Shown: positions 10,273-20,221 of the stretch, one piece after another | Layout of the letters: each line of letters begins with the position of its first letter | How positions within the stretch are numbered: the first letter of the stretch is position 1 | DNA from: Bacteroidales bacterium | GTDB lineage: Bacteria > Bacteroidota > Bacteroidia > Bacteroidales > UBA3663 | NCBI GenBank assembly: GCA_045627785.1 | Contig: JAZQOF010000004.1 | Location: 117,948-181,947, forward strand | Reading direction: 5' to 3' | Length of the DNA stretch: 64,000 nt | The notes under the pieces: model-generated | What the model was told of the DNA's origin: nothing | Database searches by the model: none | The model's input: the letters and a program-made list of their open reading frames with translations, nothing else | Made by a program: the position numbers and the translations under genes

Positions 10273-11400
10273 ATGGAAAAACAGGATTATTATGAGGTGT
10301 TGGGCGTTGAAAAAAATGCTACCGACGATCAGATAAAAAAAGCATATAGAAAATTAGCTGTCAAATATCATCCAGATAAGAATCCAGGAGATAAGAATGC
10401 CGAGGAAATGTTTAAGAAAGTCGCTGAAGCTTATGAAGTGCTTTCTGATCCTCAACGCAGACAAAACTACGATCAGTTCGGATTTGATGGACCACAAGGC
10501 GCTGGATTCGGTGGAGCAGGTTTCAACCCATTTGATATTTTCGAATCTTTCTTCGGACGTGGAGGAGGAAGTGGATTCAGCGGATTCGGCTTCGATGATG
10601 AAGGTCCTGCTACAAGAGGCTCAAATATCAGAGTTCGTGTCAAGGTAAATCTCCAGGATGTCGCAAATGGTGTCGAAAAGCATATTAAGATTAAGAAATA
10701 TGTAGAATGCGAACACTGTAAAGGAACTGGTGCTAAAGATGGTACAGACTTCGAGACTTGTCCAAAGTGTAAGGGTAGAGGTCGTGTGATTCAGGTAGTG
10801 AATAGTCTTTTCGGACGAATGCAGACAGAAGCTGTTTGTCCGGATTGTCACGGAACTGGAAAGAAGATTAAGACTCGTTGCTCTCATTGTAACGGCGAAG
10901 GCGTAACAATGGGCGAAGAGGTAATCGATATCAAGATTCCTGCAGGTGTAGAAGACGGAATGCAGCTTACAATGCAAGGTTATGGTAATGCTGCTCGTCA
11001 AGGTGGACGTCCAGGTGATCTTTATATTCTTATCGAAGAGGAAAAACAAGATCAGTTTATTCGTGTAGAGAATAATCTCGTTTATAATCTTCTTCTTGAT
11101 TTCCCGACTGCCGCTCTTGGTGGAGAGATTGAGGTTCCACTCGTTGAAGGAACTCAAACTGTCAAGATTCCTGCAGGTACACAGCCAAATACTCAGATCC
11201 GTCTGAATGGAAAAGGTCTTCCTTCGGTAAACAGATATGGAAGAGGTGATATTATTGTCAATATCTCAATCTATGTTCCAGAATCTCTTGACAAAGAAGA
11301 AAAGAAGATCATTGAGTCTTTGAAGGGACATACAAACTTCGGTGCGAACAAGACAGCTTTCCAGAAGTTTGTGGATAAGATTAAGAACAAATTTTCTTAA
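10273..11400 (+). CDS. dnaJ: Molecular chaperone DnaJ
   Basis: J domain with HPDKNP, a G/F-rich linker, four CxxCxGxG zinc-finger repeats and a C-terminal substrate-binding domain. Confidence 0.97.
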   Translation: MEKQDYYEVLGVEKNATDDQIKKAYRKLAVKYHPDKNPGDKNAEEMFKKVAEAYEVLSDPQRRQNYDQFGFDGPQGAGFGGAGFNPFDIFESFFGRGGGSGFSGFGFDDEGPATRGSNIRVRVKVNLQDVANGVEKHIKIKKYVECEHCKGTGAKDGTDFETCPKCKGRGRVIQVVNSLFGRMQTEAVCPDCHGTGKKIKTRCSHCNGEGVTMGEEVIDIKIPAGVEDGMQLTMQGYGNAARQGGRPGDLYILIEEEKQDQFIRVENNLVYNLLLDFPTAALGGEIEVPLVEGTQTVKIPAGTQPNTQIRLNGKGLPSVNRYGRGDIIVNISIYVPESLDKEEKKIIESLKGHTNFGANKTAFQKFVDKIKNKFS

Positions 11401-11457
11401 TGTTTATAGGAATTTTAGTTTGAAAATATTAATAACAATTATAAAACGCCAACTATT

Positions 11458-12978
11458 ATGTTAAAGAAAATCCGAGTTGCATTAGCTGCAATCTTTTTGT
11501 TAGGATTGACATGGTTGTTCCTTGACTTTACAGGAACAGCACAAGCTTGGTTCGGTTGGATGGCAAAGTTGCAGTTTCTTCCTGCGGTTCTTGCTGTCAA
11601 TGTAGGTGTTGTGGTGCTTCTTGTAGCGCTGACAATCATCTTTGGCCGAATCTATTGTAGTGTTATTTGTCCGTTGGGAGTTTTCCAGGATGTTGTTTCC
11701 TGGATCAGTGCGAAAGCTCACAGGAAGCAGAAGGCTGGAAGATTCAGCTACAGCCCAAATCACAAGATCCTTCGCAATGTAATCTTCGTCATTTTTGTTG
11801 GATCATTACTTGCTGGTTTGGGATCGGTCGTTCAGATCCTTGCTCCTTATAGTGCTTTCGGACGAATGGTGACAATGTTGCTTCAACCTGTTTATCAGCT
11901 TTGCAATAATGCTCTCGCAGGTGTAGCTGAACATTATCAGAGTTATGCATTCTATTCGGTTGACGTTTGGATGCGTTCTCTTCCAGTCTTGATTATTGCA
12001 AGTGTTACATTTGTTGTTCTCGTTATCTTGGCTTGGATGCATGGCCGTACATATTGTAATAACATCTGTCCTGTTGGTACTTTCCTCGGTTTGTTGTCAG
12101 AACGTTCTGTTTTTGCAATTAATATCGATGCAACAAAGTGTAACGGTTGTAGCATGTGTTCCCGCAATTGTAAGGCAGCTGCTATCGACTTCAAGAATCA
12201 TAAGGTAGATTATTCACGTTGTGTTGATTGTTTCGACTGTATTGATAAATGTAAGAAAGGTGCCATCTCTTACGGTACTGCAAAGAAAAATGCAACAACT
12301 ACTCCAACTGATGGAGAAGGCGATAAGACTCAACCAACACGTCGTGCTTTCCTTACTGCTACTGCTGCAGTAACAGTTGGTGCTGCACTTAAGGCTCAGG
12401 AAAAGACTACTGATGGCGGATTTGCTACTATTCTCGATAAGAAAGCTCCAAAACGTGAGACTAAGATCGTCCCTCCAGGAGCAGTTTCAATGAAGAATAT
12501 TGCTCAACACTGTACTGGTTGTCAGCTTTGTGTCTCTGAATGTCCAAATGGCGTTCTTCGTCCTTCTGGAGATTTGATGAATATGATGATGCCGGTTTCT
12601 TCTTATGAAAGAGGTTATTGTCGTCCGGAATGTACTCGTTGTTCGGATGTTTGTCCTGCTGGTGCAATTAAGCCATTTGCTGCTGATCACGAAGAAGCTA
12701 AGGCAATCAAGGCAAGCACAAAGATCGGTCGTGTAGTTTGGGTAAAGGAAAATTGTATTCCACTCACAGATGGTGTATCTTGTGGAAACTGTTCACGTCA
12801 TTGTCCTTCAGGTGCTATTACAATGGTTCCATCTGATCCAAATGACGAGAAATCTCTCAAGATTCCTGTTATCGATGATGAGAAATGTATCGGTTGTGGT
12901 GCATGTGAAAATCTTTGCCCATCTCGTCCATTCTCTGCAATTTATGTTGAAGGTATCGAAGTGCAGCGCACTCTCTAA
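11458..12978 (+). CDS. Membrane-bound polyferredoxin (NapH/MauN-like 4Fe-4S binding protein)
   Basis: 506 aa. N-terminal TM helices carry CxxxCP(L/V)G motifs (CSVICPLG, CNNICPVG). Several CxxCxxCxxxCP ferredoxin motifs follow. Confidence 0.75.
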   Translation: MLKKIRVALAAIFLLGLTWLFLDFTGTAQAWFGWMAKLQFLPAVLAVNVGVVVLLVALTIIFGRIYCSVICPLGVFQDVVSWISAKAHRKQKAGRFSYSPNHKILRNVIFVIFVGSLLAGLGSVVQILAPYSAFGRMVTMLLQPVYQLCNNALAGVAEHYQSYAFYSVDVWMRSLPVLIIASVTFVVLVILAWMHGRTYCNNICPVGTFLGLLSERSVFAINIDATKCNGCSMCSRNCKAAAIDFKNHKVDYSRCVDCFDCIDKCKKGAISYGTAKKNATTTPTDGEGDKTQPTRRAFLTATAAVTVGAALKAQEKTTDGGFATILDKKAPKRETKIVPPGAVSMKNIAQHCTGCQLCVSECPNGVLRPSGDLMNMMMPVSSYERGYCRPECTRCSDVCPAGAIKPFAADHEEAKAIKASTKIGRVVWVKENCIPLTDGVSCGNCSRHCPSGAITMVPSDPNDEKSLKIPVIDDEKCIGCGACENLCPSRPFSAIYVEGIEVQRTL

Positions 12979-13009
12979 TTCAATCACCAATTTTTAATTT
13001 GATTCTATT

Positions 13010-14383
13010 ATGAAAAAAGAAATAGACAGAAGAGAGTTTCTCAAAAGAATGGGAGCAGGTGCTGCTGTAATTGGAGCTACATCTGCACTTAATAGCTGTA
13101 CAGGTGGTGCTGGTTCTGCAATCACAGAAAACTTCGATCCTTCAGGTACAGTTAAGACTGATCTCGGAGAAATGACTTATCGCACTAATCCAAATAACGG
13201 AGATAAGATTTCTATTCTCGGTTACGGATGTATGCGTTGGCCTAATGATCCTGTTACTGGTGAAATCGATCAGGAAATGGTCAATAAGCTTGTTGACAAG
13301 GCAATTGAACATGGTGTAAATTACTTTGATACGTCGCCGGCTTATCTTCGTGGTCTTTCAGAGCGTGCAACAGGTATTGCTTTGAAGCGTTATCCTCGCG
13401 AGTCTTATTACATTGCAACTAAACTTTCAAACTTTGCACCTCAACAGCAAACCTTTGAAGAATCTGTAGCTTTGTATAAGAAGTCTTTTGTTGAGATGCA
13501 GACTGACTATATCGATTACCTTCTCCTTCACAGCATTGGTAGTAGTATGGAGAATTTCGAGGTTCGTTATCTCAATAATGGTATTCTCGACTATCTTGTA
13601 GAAGAGAAGAAGAAAGGTCACATCCGTAATCTCGGATTCTCTTATCATGGCGGAAATGAGGTCTTCGATCGTGCTATGAAGATGCATGACGATGGCGAAT
13701 ATCATTGGGACTTTGTTCAGATCCAGATGAACTATGTTGACTGGACAACAGGTAACTGCCGTTATCTTTATGAAGAGCTTACAAAGCGCAATATTCCAGT
13801 TGTAATTATGGAGCCATTGCTCGGCGGACGTCTCTCAAAGCTTCCTAACCATGTTATTGCTCACCTTAAGGCTCGTCGTCCTGAAGATAGTGCAGCATCT
13901 TGGGCATTCCGATTCCTCGGAACATTCCCGAATATTATGTGTGTGCTTTCTGGTATGACATACATGGAACATCTTGATGACAACCTTAAGACTTATTGTC
14001 CGCTTGAGGAGTTGACAGATGAGGAATTCAAGTATCTTGAGGAGACTGCAGAGTTGATTCGCAAGTATCCAACAATTCCATGTAACGATTGTAAGTATTG
14101 TATGCCTTGTCCTTATGGTCTCGATATTCCTGGTATATTCCTCCACTATAATAAAATTGTGAATGCAGGTACGATGCCAAATAATCCGGAACAAAAGGAA
14201 TATGCAGAATTGCGCCGTAACTATCTGATCGATTATAATCGTACGATACCAACCCTTCGTCAGGCAGATCATTGTATCAATTGTAATCAGTGTTCATCTC
14301 ATTGTCCACAGAATATTCGTATTCCTCAGGAATTGAATAAGATTGCTGATAAGATTGAGGCATTGAAGCGTGAAGGTAAATAA
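13010..14383 (+). CDS. TAT-exported aldo/keto reductase with C-terminal 4Fe-4S ferredoxin domain
   Basis: 457 aa. Twin-arginine leader (DRREFLKRMGAGAAVIGA). AKR core (GVNYFDTSPAYLRG, DYLLLHS). C-terminal Cys clusters (CNDCKYCMPCP, CINCNQCSSHCP). Confidence 0.8.
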   Translation: MKKEIDRREFLKRMGAGAAVIGATSALNSCTGGAGSAITENFDPSGTVKTDLGEMTYRTNPNNGDKISILGYGCMRWPNDPVTGEIDQEMVNKLVDKAIEHGVNYFDTSPAYLRGLSERATGIALKRYPRESYYIATKLSNFAPQQQTFEESVALYKKSFVEMQTDYIDYLLLHSIGSSMENFEVRYLNNGILDYLVEEKKKGHIRNLGFSYHGGNEVFDRAMKMHDDGEYHWDFVQIQMNYVDWTTGNCRYLYEELTKRNIPVVIMEPLLGGRLSKLPNHVIAHLKARRPEDSAASWAFRFLGTFPNIMCVLSGMTYMEHLDDNLKTYCPLEELTDEEFKYLEETAELIRKYPTIPCNDCKYCMPCPYGLDIPGIFLHYNKIVNAGTMPNNPEQKEYAELRRNYLIDYNRTIPTLRQADHCINCNQCSSHCPQNIRIPQELNKIADKIEALKREGK

Positions 14384-14394
14384 TATTTATAAAA

Positions 14395-15234
14395 ATGTTT
14401 ATTGAAGTCAAAAATGTAAGCAAGCAGTATTCTGGCCATGTGGCTTTGAATAACGTAAGTCTTGAGGTCCCTGAAGGTTCTATTTACGGACTTTTAGGAC
14501 CTAATGGAGCAGGTAAGACCAGCCTCATTCGAATCATTAACCGAATCACACATGCCGATAGTGGTGAGGTTTTGATGCAAGGCGTGCCAATGACTGATTC
14601 CGATGTTTCTAAGATCGGATATCTGCCAGAGGAACGAGGTCTTTACAAGAAGATGAAAGTAGGAGAACAGATTGTCTATCTCGGTCGTTTGCACGGCATG
14701 AGCAAATGGGATGCTAAGACAAAGATGAAGGAATGGCTTGAGCGTTTCGATCTTACAGAGTGGGAGAATAAAAAACTCGAAGCTCTGTCAAAAGGTATGG
14801 CTCAGAAAGTTCAGTTCATTGCAACAGTAATTCATCGTCCTCCACTTTTGATTTTTGATGAACCATTTTCTGGTTTCGATCCGGTTAATGCTGATATTCT
14901 GAAACAGGAAATTCTTCGACTTAAGAATGATGGCGCTGTAGTGTTGTTCTCTACTCACAACATGTCGTCGGTTGAAGAAGTCTGTGAAGAGATTTCCTTG
15001 ATTAATCATTCGGAGATTGTACTTCAGGGTAAGGTTAAAGATATCCGTAATCAATATAAGAAAGGTATCTTTGAAGTTAACTTGACAGATGGTACTAGCT
15101 TCGAATACAAGGTTCCGGAAGGAATGAGCAATCATGATGCTATCGCTCAGCTTAATGAGAAGTATGATCTCTTCGGATTCCATGAGGTTTTGCCTACAAT
15201 GCATGAGATTTTTGTACAAACAGTAAAAGAGTAA
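14395..15234 (+). CDS. ABC transporter ATP-binding protein (ABC-2/NatA type)
   Basis: Walker A GPNGAGKTS, signature LSKGMAQK and Walker B LLIFDEPFSGFD. The gene is followed 5 nt later by the permease gene. Confidence 0.9.
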   Translation: MFIEVKNVSKQYSGHVALNNVSLEVPEGSIYGLLGPNGAGKTSLIRIINRITHADSGEVLMQGVPMTDSDVSKIGYLPEERGLYKKMKVGEQIVYLGRLHGMSKWDAKTKMKEWLERFDLTEWENKKLEALSKGMAQKVQFIATVIHRPPLLIFDEPFSGFDPVNADILKQEILRLKNDGAVVLFSTHNMSSVEEVCEEISLINHSEIVLQGKVKDIRNQYKKGIFEVNLTDGTSFEYKVPEGMSNHDAIAQLNEKYDLFGFHEVLPTMHEIFVQTVKE

Positions 15235-15238
15235 TAAT

Positions 15239-16591
15239 ATGTCAAGACTTGGGTTAATAATTCAGCGAGAATATCTCTCAATTGTAGCAAAGAAGTCTTT
15301 CATCTTTACTACTTTATTACTTCCTATTCTTATGATTGCTCTTTGTGGCGTTTTGCCTGTTTTGTTGGCGAATGTTAAGAGTGATCAGAAGAAAGTTGTT
15401 GCTGTTGTCGATCAGGATCCATCACAGAAATTTGCATCCTTGTTCACAGAGACTGATGATTTCGTGTTCTTCAATGTTCAGGATAGATTGGAGAGTAACA
15501 CATTATATAATTATTATGAAGAAAACAAGGATGCAAAAAGTCTTTATGCAATTGTTCAGATTCCAGACAGCCTTTCTTCAAAGTGTCAGTTCTTTGTCTA
15601 TTCAGATCAGTCAATCAATGCTAATCTCGAAAGAGATGTGACTCGAATCCTTCGTCCTGTCTTAGAGAAAGAAAAGATTGAGTCATTCGGTATAGATAGC
15701 CTTGAAACTATTATGCAACAATGCAAGGTAGATATCAAATCAAAGAATATCAAATGGGGCGATACAGGCGAAGAGAAGCTTTCTTCTGCTGAAATCGGAA
15801 TGATCATTGGTGTTATTCTTTCTTTCCTTACATATTTCTTCGTGCTTATGTATGGTGCAATGATCATGAACGGAGTAATAGAGGAGAAGACAAACCGTAT
15901 TGTAGAAGTTATCGTATCTTCCTGCAAACCTATGGAGCTGATGCTTGGTAAGATCATTGGCGTTGCTCTTGTCGGTTTCACTCAGATCATTATCTGGGCT
16001 GTAATGATTGGCGTTGGAGGTACAATACTGGGAATCGGTGCTGGTGTTATATTCGGAGGTCCTGATCCTGCTGCATTATCAGCTGCAATGGGACAAAACC
16101 CTGAAGCAATGGCTGCTCTTGAACAAGCACAGAATACAAGCGAATTCAAAGAAATCGTTCAGATGATTCTTAGTGTCAACTATGTTCAGATCCTTGTATT
16201 CTTCATTCTTTACTTTATTGGTGGATATTTGCTTTATGCTTCGCTCTTTGCTGCATTCGGCAGCGCTGTTGACCAACCAAGCGATGCGTCACAGTTTATG
16301 TCGCCAATCATGATTATCATGATATTTGCATTCTATGCAGGTATGTTCAGTATCGAAAACCCGGACGGACCTCTCTGTTGGTGGTGTAGTATTATTCCTT
16401 TCACTTCACCAATTGTAATGATGATTCGTTTGCCATACGATGTGCCATTCTGGGAAATGCTTCTCAGCGTTGGGCTTCTCTATGGTTGCGCTTTCGGTAT
16501 TCTTTATATTGCAGGTAAGATTTATCGTACAGGTATTCTTATGTACGGCAAGAAAGTCGGAATTAAGGATATCTTGAAATGGATTAAGTAA
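15239..16591 (+). CDS. ABC-2 type transporter permease (NatB-like)
   Basis: 450 aa. An N-terminal TM is followed by a large extracytoplasmic loop and then five or six C-terminal TM helices. It is adjacent to the ABC ATPase gene. Confidence 0.75.
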   Translation: MSRLGLIIQREYLSIVAKKSFIFTTLLLPILMIALCGVLPVLLANVKSDQKKVVAVVDQDPSQKFASLFTETDDFVFFNVQDRLESNTLYNYYEENKDAKSLYAIVQIPDSLSSKCQFFVYSDQSINANLERDVTRILRPVLEKEKIESFGIDSLETIMQQCKVDIKSKNIKWGDTGEEKLSSAEIGMIIGVILSFLTYFFVLMYGAMIMNGVIEEKTNRIVEVIVSSCKPMELMLGKIIGVALVGFTQIIIWAVMIGVGGTILGIGAGVIFGGPDPAALSAAMGQNPEAMAALEQAQNTSEFKEIVQMILSVNYVQILVFFILYFIGGYLLYASLFAAFGSAVDQPSDASQFMSPIMIIMIFAFYAGMFSIENPDGPLCWWCSIIPFTSPIVMMIRLPYDVPFWEMLLSVGLLYGCAFGILYIAGKIYRTGILMYGKKVGIKDILKWIK

Positions 16592-16625
16592 TTTGGAATG
16601 CGGGCAAGTTTGCCCGCTTCCAAAT
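16592..16625 (+). terminator. Stem-loop terminator after the ABC-2 permease
   Basis: The sequence is TTTGGAATGCGGGCA AGTT TGCCCGCTTCCAAA. It forms a GC-rich inner stem with an outer AT extension. Confidence 0.6.
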
Positions 16626-16671
16626 CCTATATATTGCCACATTAAGTTCATTATCTTAAATAATTTATTAA

Positions 16672-19227
16672 ATGAAAAAAGCCACTTTATTGAGCATGTT
16701 TGGTTTGTTGTTGTCTGCATGCTCTTCCGGACCAACTTCCAATCCGGATTTGGTTCTCAATGACCTTGAATATTTCGAGGGTACAGGTGTAAATGTATTG
16801 GTTTACAGTAACACATTCAATGGAGGATTCAACGATGAGAAGAATTCTGGTATTGAAGTAATTCATCATGGTGTAAGAACTGTTCAGGGCGGAGCCGTAC
16901 GTCTTAACAAAACTCCAGAACAATGGGATTTAGTTCCTACTACAACCGATCGTCGTGTTGATCGTGAGAACAATACTATTGAGGTAGATCTTCGTTATGA
17001 GGATTATGATTTCGATTCAAGACTTGTAGTAACAAGCAAAGGCAAGGCAGTAGAGATCTCTGTTGTTCTTGACAAGCCTGTTCCTTCTGCACTTGAAGGT
17101 AAAGCAGGTTTCAACCTTGAGTTTATTCCTTCTCAGTATTGGCAGAAGACTTTCATCATGGATGGACAGATCGGTCGTCTGTCACGTTATACTGCAAGCG
17201 AAACTGTAACTGTTCCTAATAGCGAAAAGCCAAAGCAGTATAAGGGCTTTAAGACTTATGACGATCGTGGTACAGATAAGTTCGTTGATGCTATTCCTCT
17301 TTCAACAGGTCACAATATCATCATGGCATCTGATACACCAGAACGCATGATTACTGTTTCTTCTGAAGATGCTGTTATTGAACTTTATGACGGACGCGTG
17401 CTTGCACAAAATGGTTGGTACGTCCTTCGCAGCGAATTGCCCGCTGGCAAGACTGGTAAAGTATTGACTTGGACAGTTAAACCAAACGATATTCCAGGAT
17501 GGGTTCGCGAACCTAACATCGGTTTCTCACAGGTAGGTTACATTCCTTCTCAGCCAAAGGTTGCAGTAATCGAGCTTGACAAGAATGATAAGGTTCAGTC
17601 TTCGGCTTCACTCTATAAGATTAATGCTGATGGTACTTCTTCAAAGGCATTCAGCGGTGTAACAAAAGAATGGGGTCGTTACTATAAGTATAACTATGTA
17701 CACTTCGACTTCTCTTCTGTTACAGAACCTGGTATCTACTATATTCAGTATGGCGATACTAAGACCAATAACTTTATCATCGATAATTCAGTTTATGATA
17801 AGATTACAGATGCTACAAGTGATGTTTGGATTCCTATTCATATGAATCACATGGCAGTAAACGAAGGATATCGAATGTGGCATGGTGAACCGTTTAAGGA
17901 AGGTTATCTACAGGCTCCAGAAAGCAATCACTTCGATCTTCATTTCCAAGGTCCTATTACTACTAAATATAAAGCATACGAACTCATTCCAGGTCTTAAT
18001 GTTGGTGGTTTCTTCGATGCAGGCGATTACGATATTGAGACTGGTTCTAACATCAGTGTAGTTCAGAATCTTATTCGCGCTTGGCGTTTATTCCGTTCTG
18101 ATCGTGATGAGACATTCGTGAGTGAGGAACAGCGTTATGTTGATCTCCACCGTCCAGATGGTACTCCAGATATTCTTCAGTATATCGAACACGGTACACT
18201 CAACCTTGTTGCTCAGTCGGAGAAGATTGGTTGGATGGCTTCTACACTTTCAAATGGTGTACTTGATAACTATCATCATCTTGGAGATATTTCTGCTATT
18301 ACAGATGGCCTTCACTATGATCGTAGCCTTAAGCCATACACTAAGTCTGCTGATGGTAAGTCAAGTGGCGTGAATGATGACCTTTGGGCATTCACAACTC
18401 GTAATCCTTATACTGACAGTCAAGCTGCTACTGTATTTGCTGCTGCTAGTAAGGTACTTGCTGACTATGATCCAAATCTTGCAAAGCGTGCATTGTCTGA
18501 GTCAAAGCGTCTTATGGCGGAATCAGAAGTATTGATGAAGGAAATGGCTGCAAATCGTCCTCAAGGTCAGACAGGTCAGAATTTCGGCATGGCTCGTGGT
18601 ATGGGTAATGTTGCTACAAATCTTGAACTTTATGCTGCAACAGGAGAGAATTCTTATCTAGATTCGTTCAAGGAGAAAATCTTCCCAATGCTTGAGCGTA
18701 ATGTTAATATGTCTATTCAAACAGCACTTGATGCAGTTCCATATCTTGATGAAGATTACAAGAACCAGCTTCGTCCTTATGTAGAAAAGTATAAGGAATA
18801 TATCGATAGTCTTTCGCTTGATAATCCTTACGGCGTGCCTATCGGACTTGGTAACTGGGCTGGTAGTGGTCAGGTTTCTTCTTTCGGTACTACTGTATGT
18901 TACGCTCACGAGTTCTTCCCAGAAATCGTTCCTATGGATTGCGCATATAAGGCTGCAGGATTCCTTTTCGGATGTCATCCATATCACAACTACTCATTGG
19001 TAGCAGCTGTAGGTGCTTCTCGTCCAAAGGCTGTTTTCTATGGAAACAACCGCGCCGACTTCTCATTCATTCCAGGTAATGTTGCTCCTGGCGTTCTCTT
19101 CCGTCATCCAGATCATTTTGAGAATTATGATGATTGGCCGTTCCTCTGGGGACAGAACGAAGGTACAATTGCTGGTAATGTAGGTTATCTTATCTTCGGT
19201 TCTGCTTTCAAGAACCTTGCTAAGTAA
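16672..19227 (+). CDS. Glycoside hydrolase family 9 lipoprotein with N-terminal Ig-like domain
   Basis: 851 aa with a lipobox (LLSAC). GH9 motifs are GGFFDAGDYD and a C-terminal WGQNEG. The size is consistent with a CelD_N domain plus an (alpha/alpha)6 barrel. Confidence 0.7.
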   Translation: MKKATLLSMFGLLLSACSSGPTSNPDLVLNDLEYFEGTGVNVLVYSNTFNGGFNDEKNSGIEVIHHGVRTVQGGAVRLNKTPEQWDLVPTTTDRRVDRENNTIEVDLRYEDYDFDSRLVVTSKGKAVEISVVLDKPVPSALEGKAGFNLEFIPSQYWQKTFIMDGQIGRLSRYTASETVTVPNSEKPKQYKGFKTYDDRGTDKFVDAIPLSTGHNIIMASDTPERMITVSSEDAVIELYDGRVLAQNGWYVLRSELPAGKTGKVLTWTVKPNDIPGWVREPNIGFSQVGYIPSQPKVAVIELDKNDKVQSSASLYKINADGTSSKAFSGVTKEWGRYYKYNYVHFDFSSVTEPGIYYIQYGDTKTNNFIIDNSVYDKITDATSDVWIPIHMNHMAVNEGYRMWHGEPFKEGYLQAPESNHFDLHFQGPITTKYKAYELIPGLNVGGFFDAGDYDIETGSNISVVQNLIRAWRLFRSDRDETFVSEEQRYVDLHRPDGTPDILQYIEHGTLNLVAQSEKIGWMASTLSNGVLDNYHHLGDISAITDGLHYDRSLKPYTKSADGKSSGVNDDLWAFTTRNPYTDSQAATVFAAASKVLADYDPNLAKRALSESKRLMAESEVLMKEMAANRPQGQTGQNFGMARGMGNVATNLELYAATGENSYLDSFKEKIFPMLERNVNMSIQTALDAVPYLDEDYKNQLRPYVEKYKEYIDSLSLDNPYGVPIGLGNWAGSGQVSSFGTTVCYAHEFFPEIVPMDCAYKAAGFLFGCHPYHNYSLVAAVGASRPKAVFYGNNRADFSFIPGNVAPGVLFRHPDHFENYDDWPFLWGQNEGTIAGNVGYLIFGSAFKNLAK

Positions 19228-19283
19228 TATGCTTATAGAAGTGTGAATAAAATCTCTTAGCTTTAATCTATATAAAAATAGTA

Positions 19284-19318
19284 ATCCCCCAATGAAAGAT
19301 TCTTTCAGTTGGGGGATT
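19284..19318. terminator. Bidirectional hairpin terminator between convergent GH9 and carbonic anhydrase genes
   Basis: The sequence is AATCCCCCAATGAAAG ATT CTTTCAGTTGGGGGATT, flanked by A/T runs on both sides. Confidence 0.65.
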
Positions 19319-19369
19319 TATTTTATAAATCTAATAAATATTGTTTGCTGTAGTAGATTGAAAGGATGT

Positions 19370-20074
19370 TTATTCTACGAAGTCAACTTTTCCTGTGTGA
19401 ACATTGTAGTACGCACCAACTACTGAAAGTTCTCCCTTTTCAACCTTTTCCTTTACTTCTGGGTTAGCAAGGATTCTTTCAACCTGCTTGCTTGCGTTCA
19501 TGCGGATGGCATCATCAAGTTTGTCTGCCTGACCGTAGAAGTCACGTACATCTTCGCGGATAGTAGCGAGAAGTTCGTCAATCTTGCTGTTCTCAACTTC
19601 CTCCTCAGGTTCTGTGATTGCACCAGTAACACCACCACAAGACTCATGGCCCATAACGATTACAGACTTAACCTTGAGGTGCTCGATAGCATAATCAACA
19701 CTACCCATTACGAGATCACCATTAACAGAGTTTCCTGCTGTGCGGATTACAAAGATGTCTCCGATGCCCTGATCGAAGATATGTTCTACAGGAACACGAG
19801 AGTCTGAACAAGCAACAACTGCGCAGAAAGGAGCCTGATGAGGAGCTGTCTCATTAAGACGCTGACTGTTGTCGTGTGGATTTACTGCTTGATCTGAAGA
19901 ATAACGAGCGTTACCTTCCTTAAGTCTCTCGATTGCCTCTGCAGGAGTAGTTACTTCCTTGAGTTCTACAACTGCTTCTGTTGCTGCATTGTCTTCTGTT
20001 GCCTGCTGCTTGTTTGAGCAAGATGCCATCGTCATTGCCACTGCTGCGATAGCTGTAAAATAGATTGTTTTCAT
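19370..20074 (-). CDS. Beta-class carbonic anhydrase, exported (lipoprotein signal)
   Basis: 234 aa. Lipobox MTMASC. Zinc ligand motifs are CSDSRVP and HESCGG. Confidence 0.9.
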   Translation of the reverse strand: MKTIYFTAIAAVAMTMASCSNKQQATEDNAATEAVVELKEVTTPAEAIERLKEGNARYSSDQAVNPHDNSQRLNETAPHQAPFCAVVACSDSRVPVEHIFDQGIGDIFVIRTAGNSVNGDLVMGSVDYAIEHLKVKSVIVMGHESCGGVTGAITEPEEEVENSKIDELLATIREDVRDFYGQADKLDDAIRMNASKQVERILANPEVKEKVEKGELSVVGAYYNVHTGKVDFVE

Positions 20075-20221
20075 AATACCTTAAATATGTTTTAGTCAAT
20101 TTTTCGGCTGCAAAAATATCTAATAGTTCAATATTGTATTCATAATATATATTATTAATGTATATTTCTTGTCTTTATCAGTCATAATTGCTATATTTGC
20201 TCGACATTACTTTTAATACTT

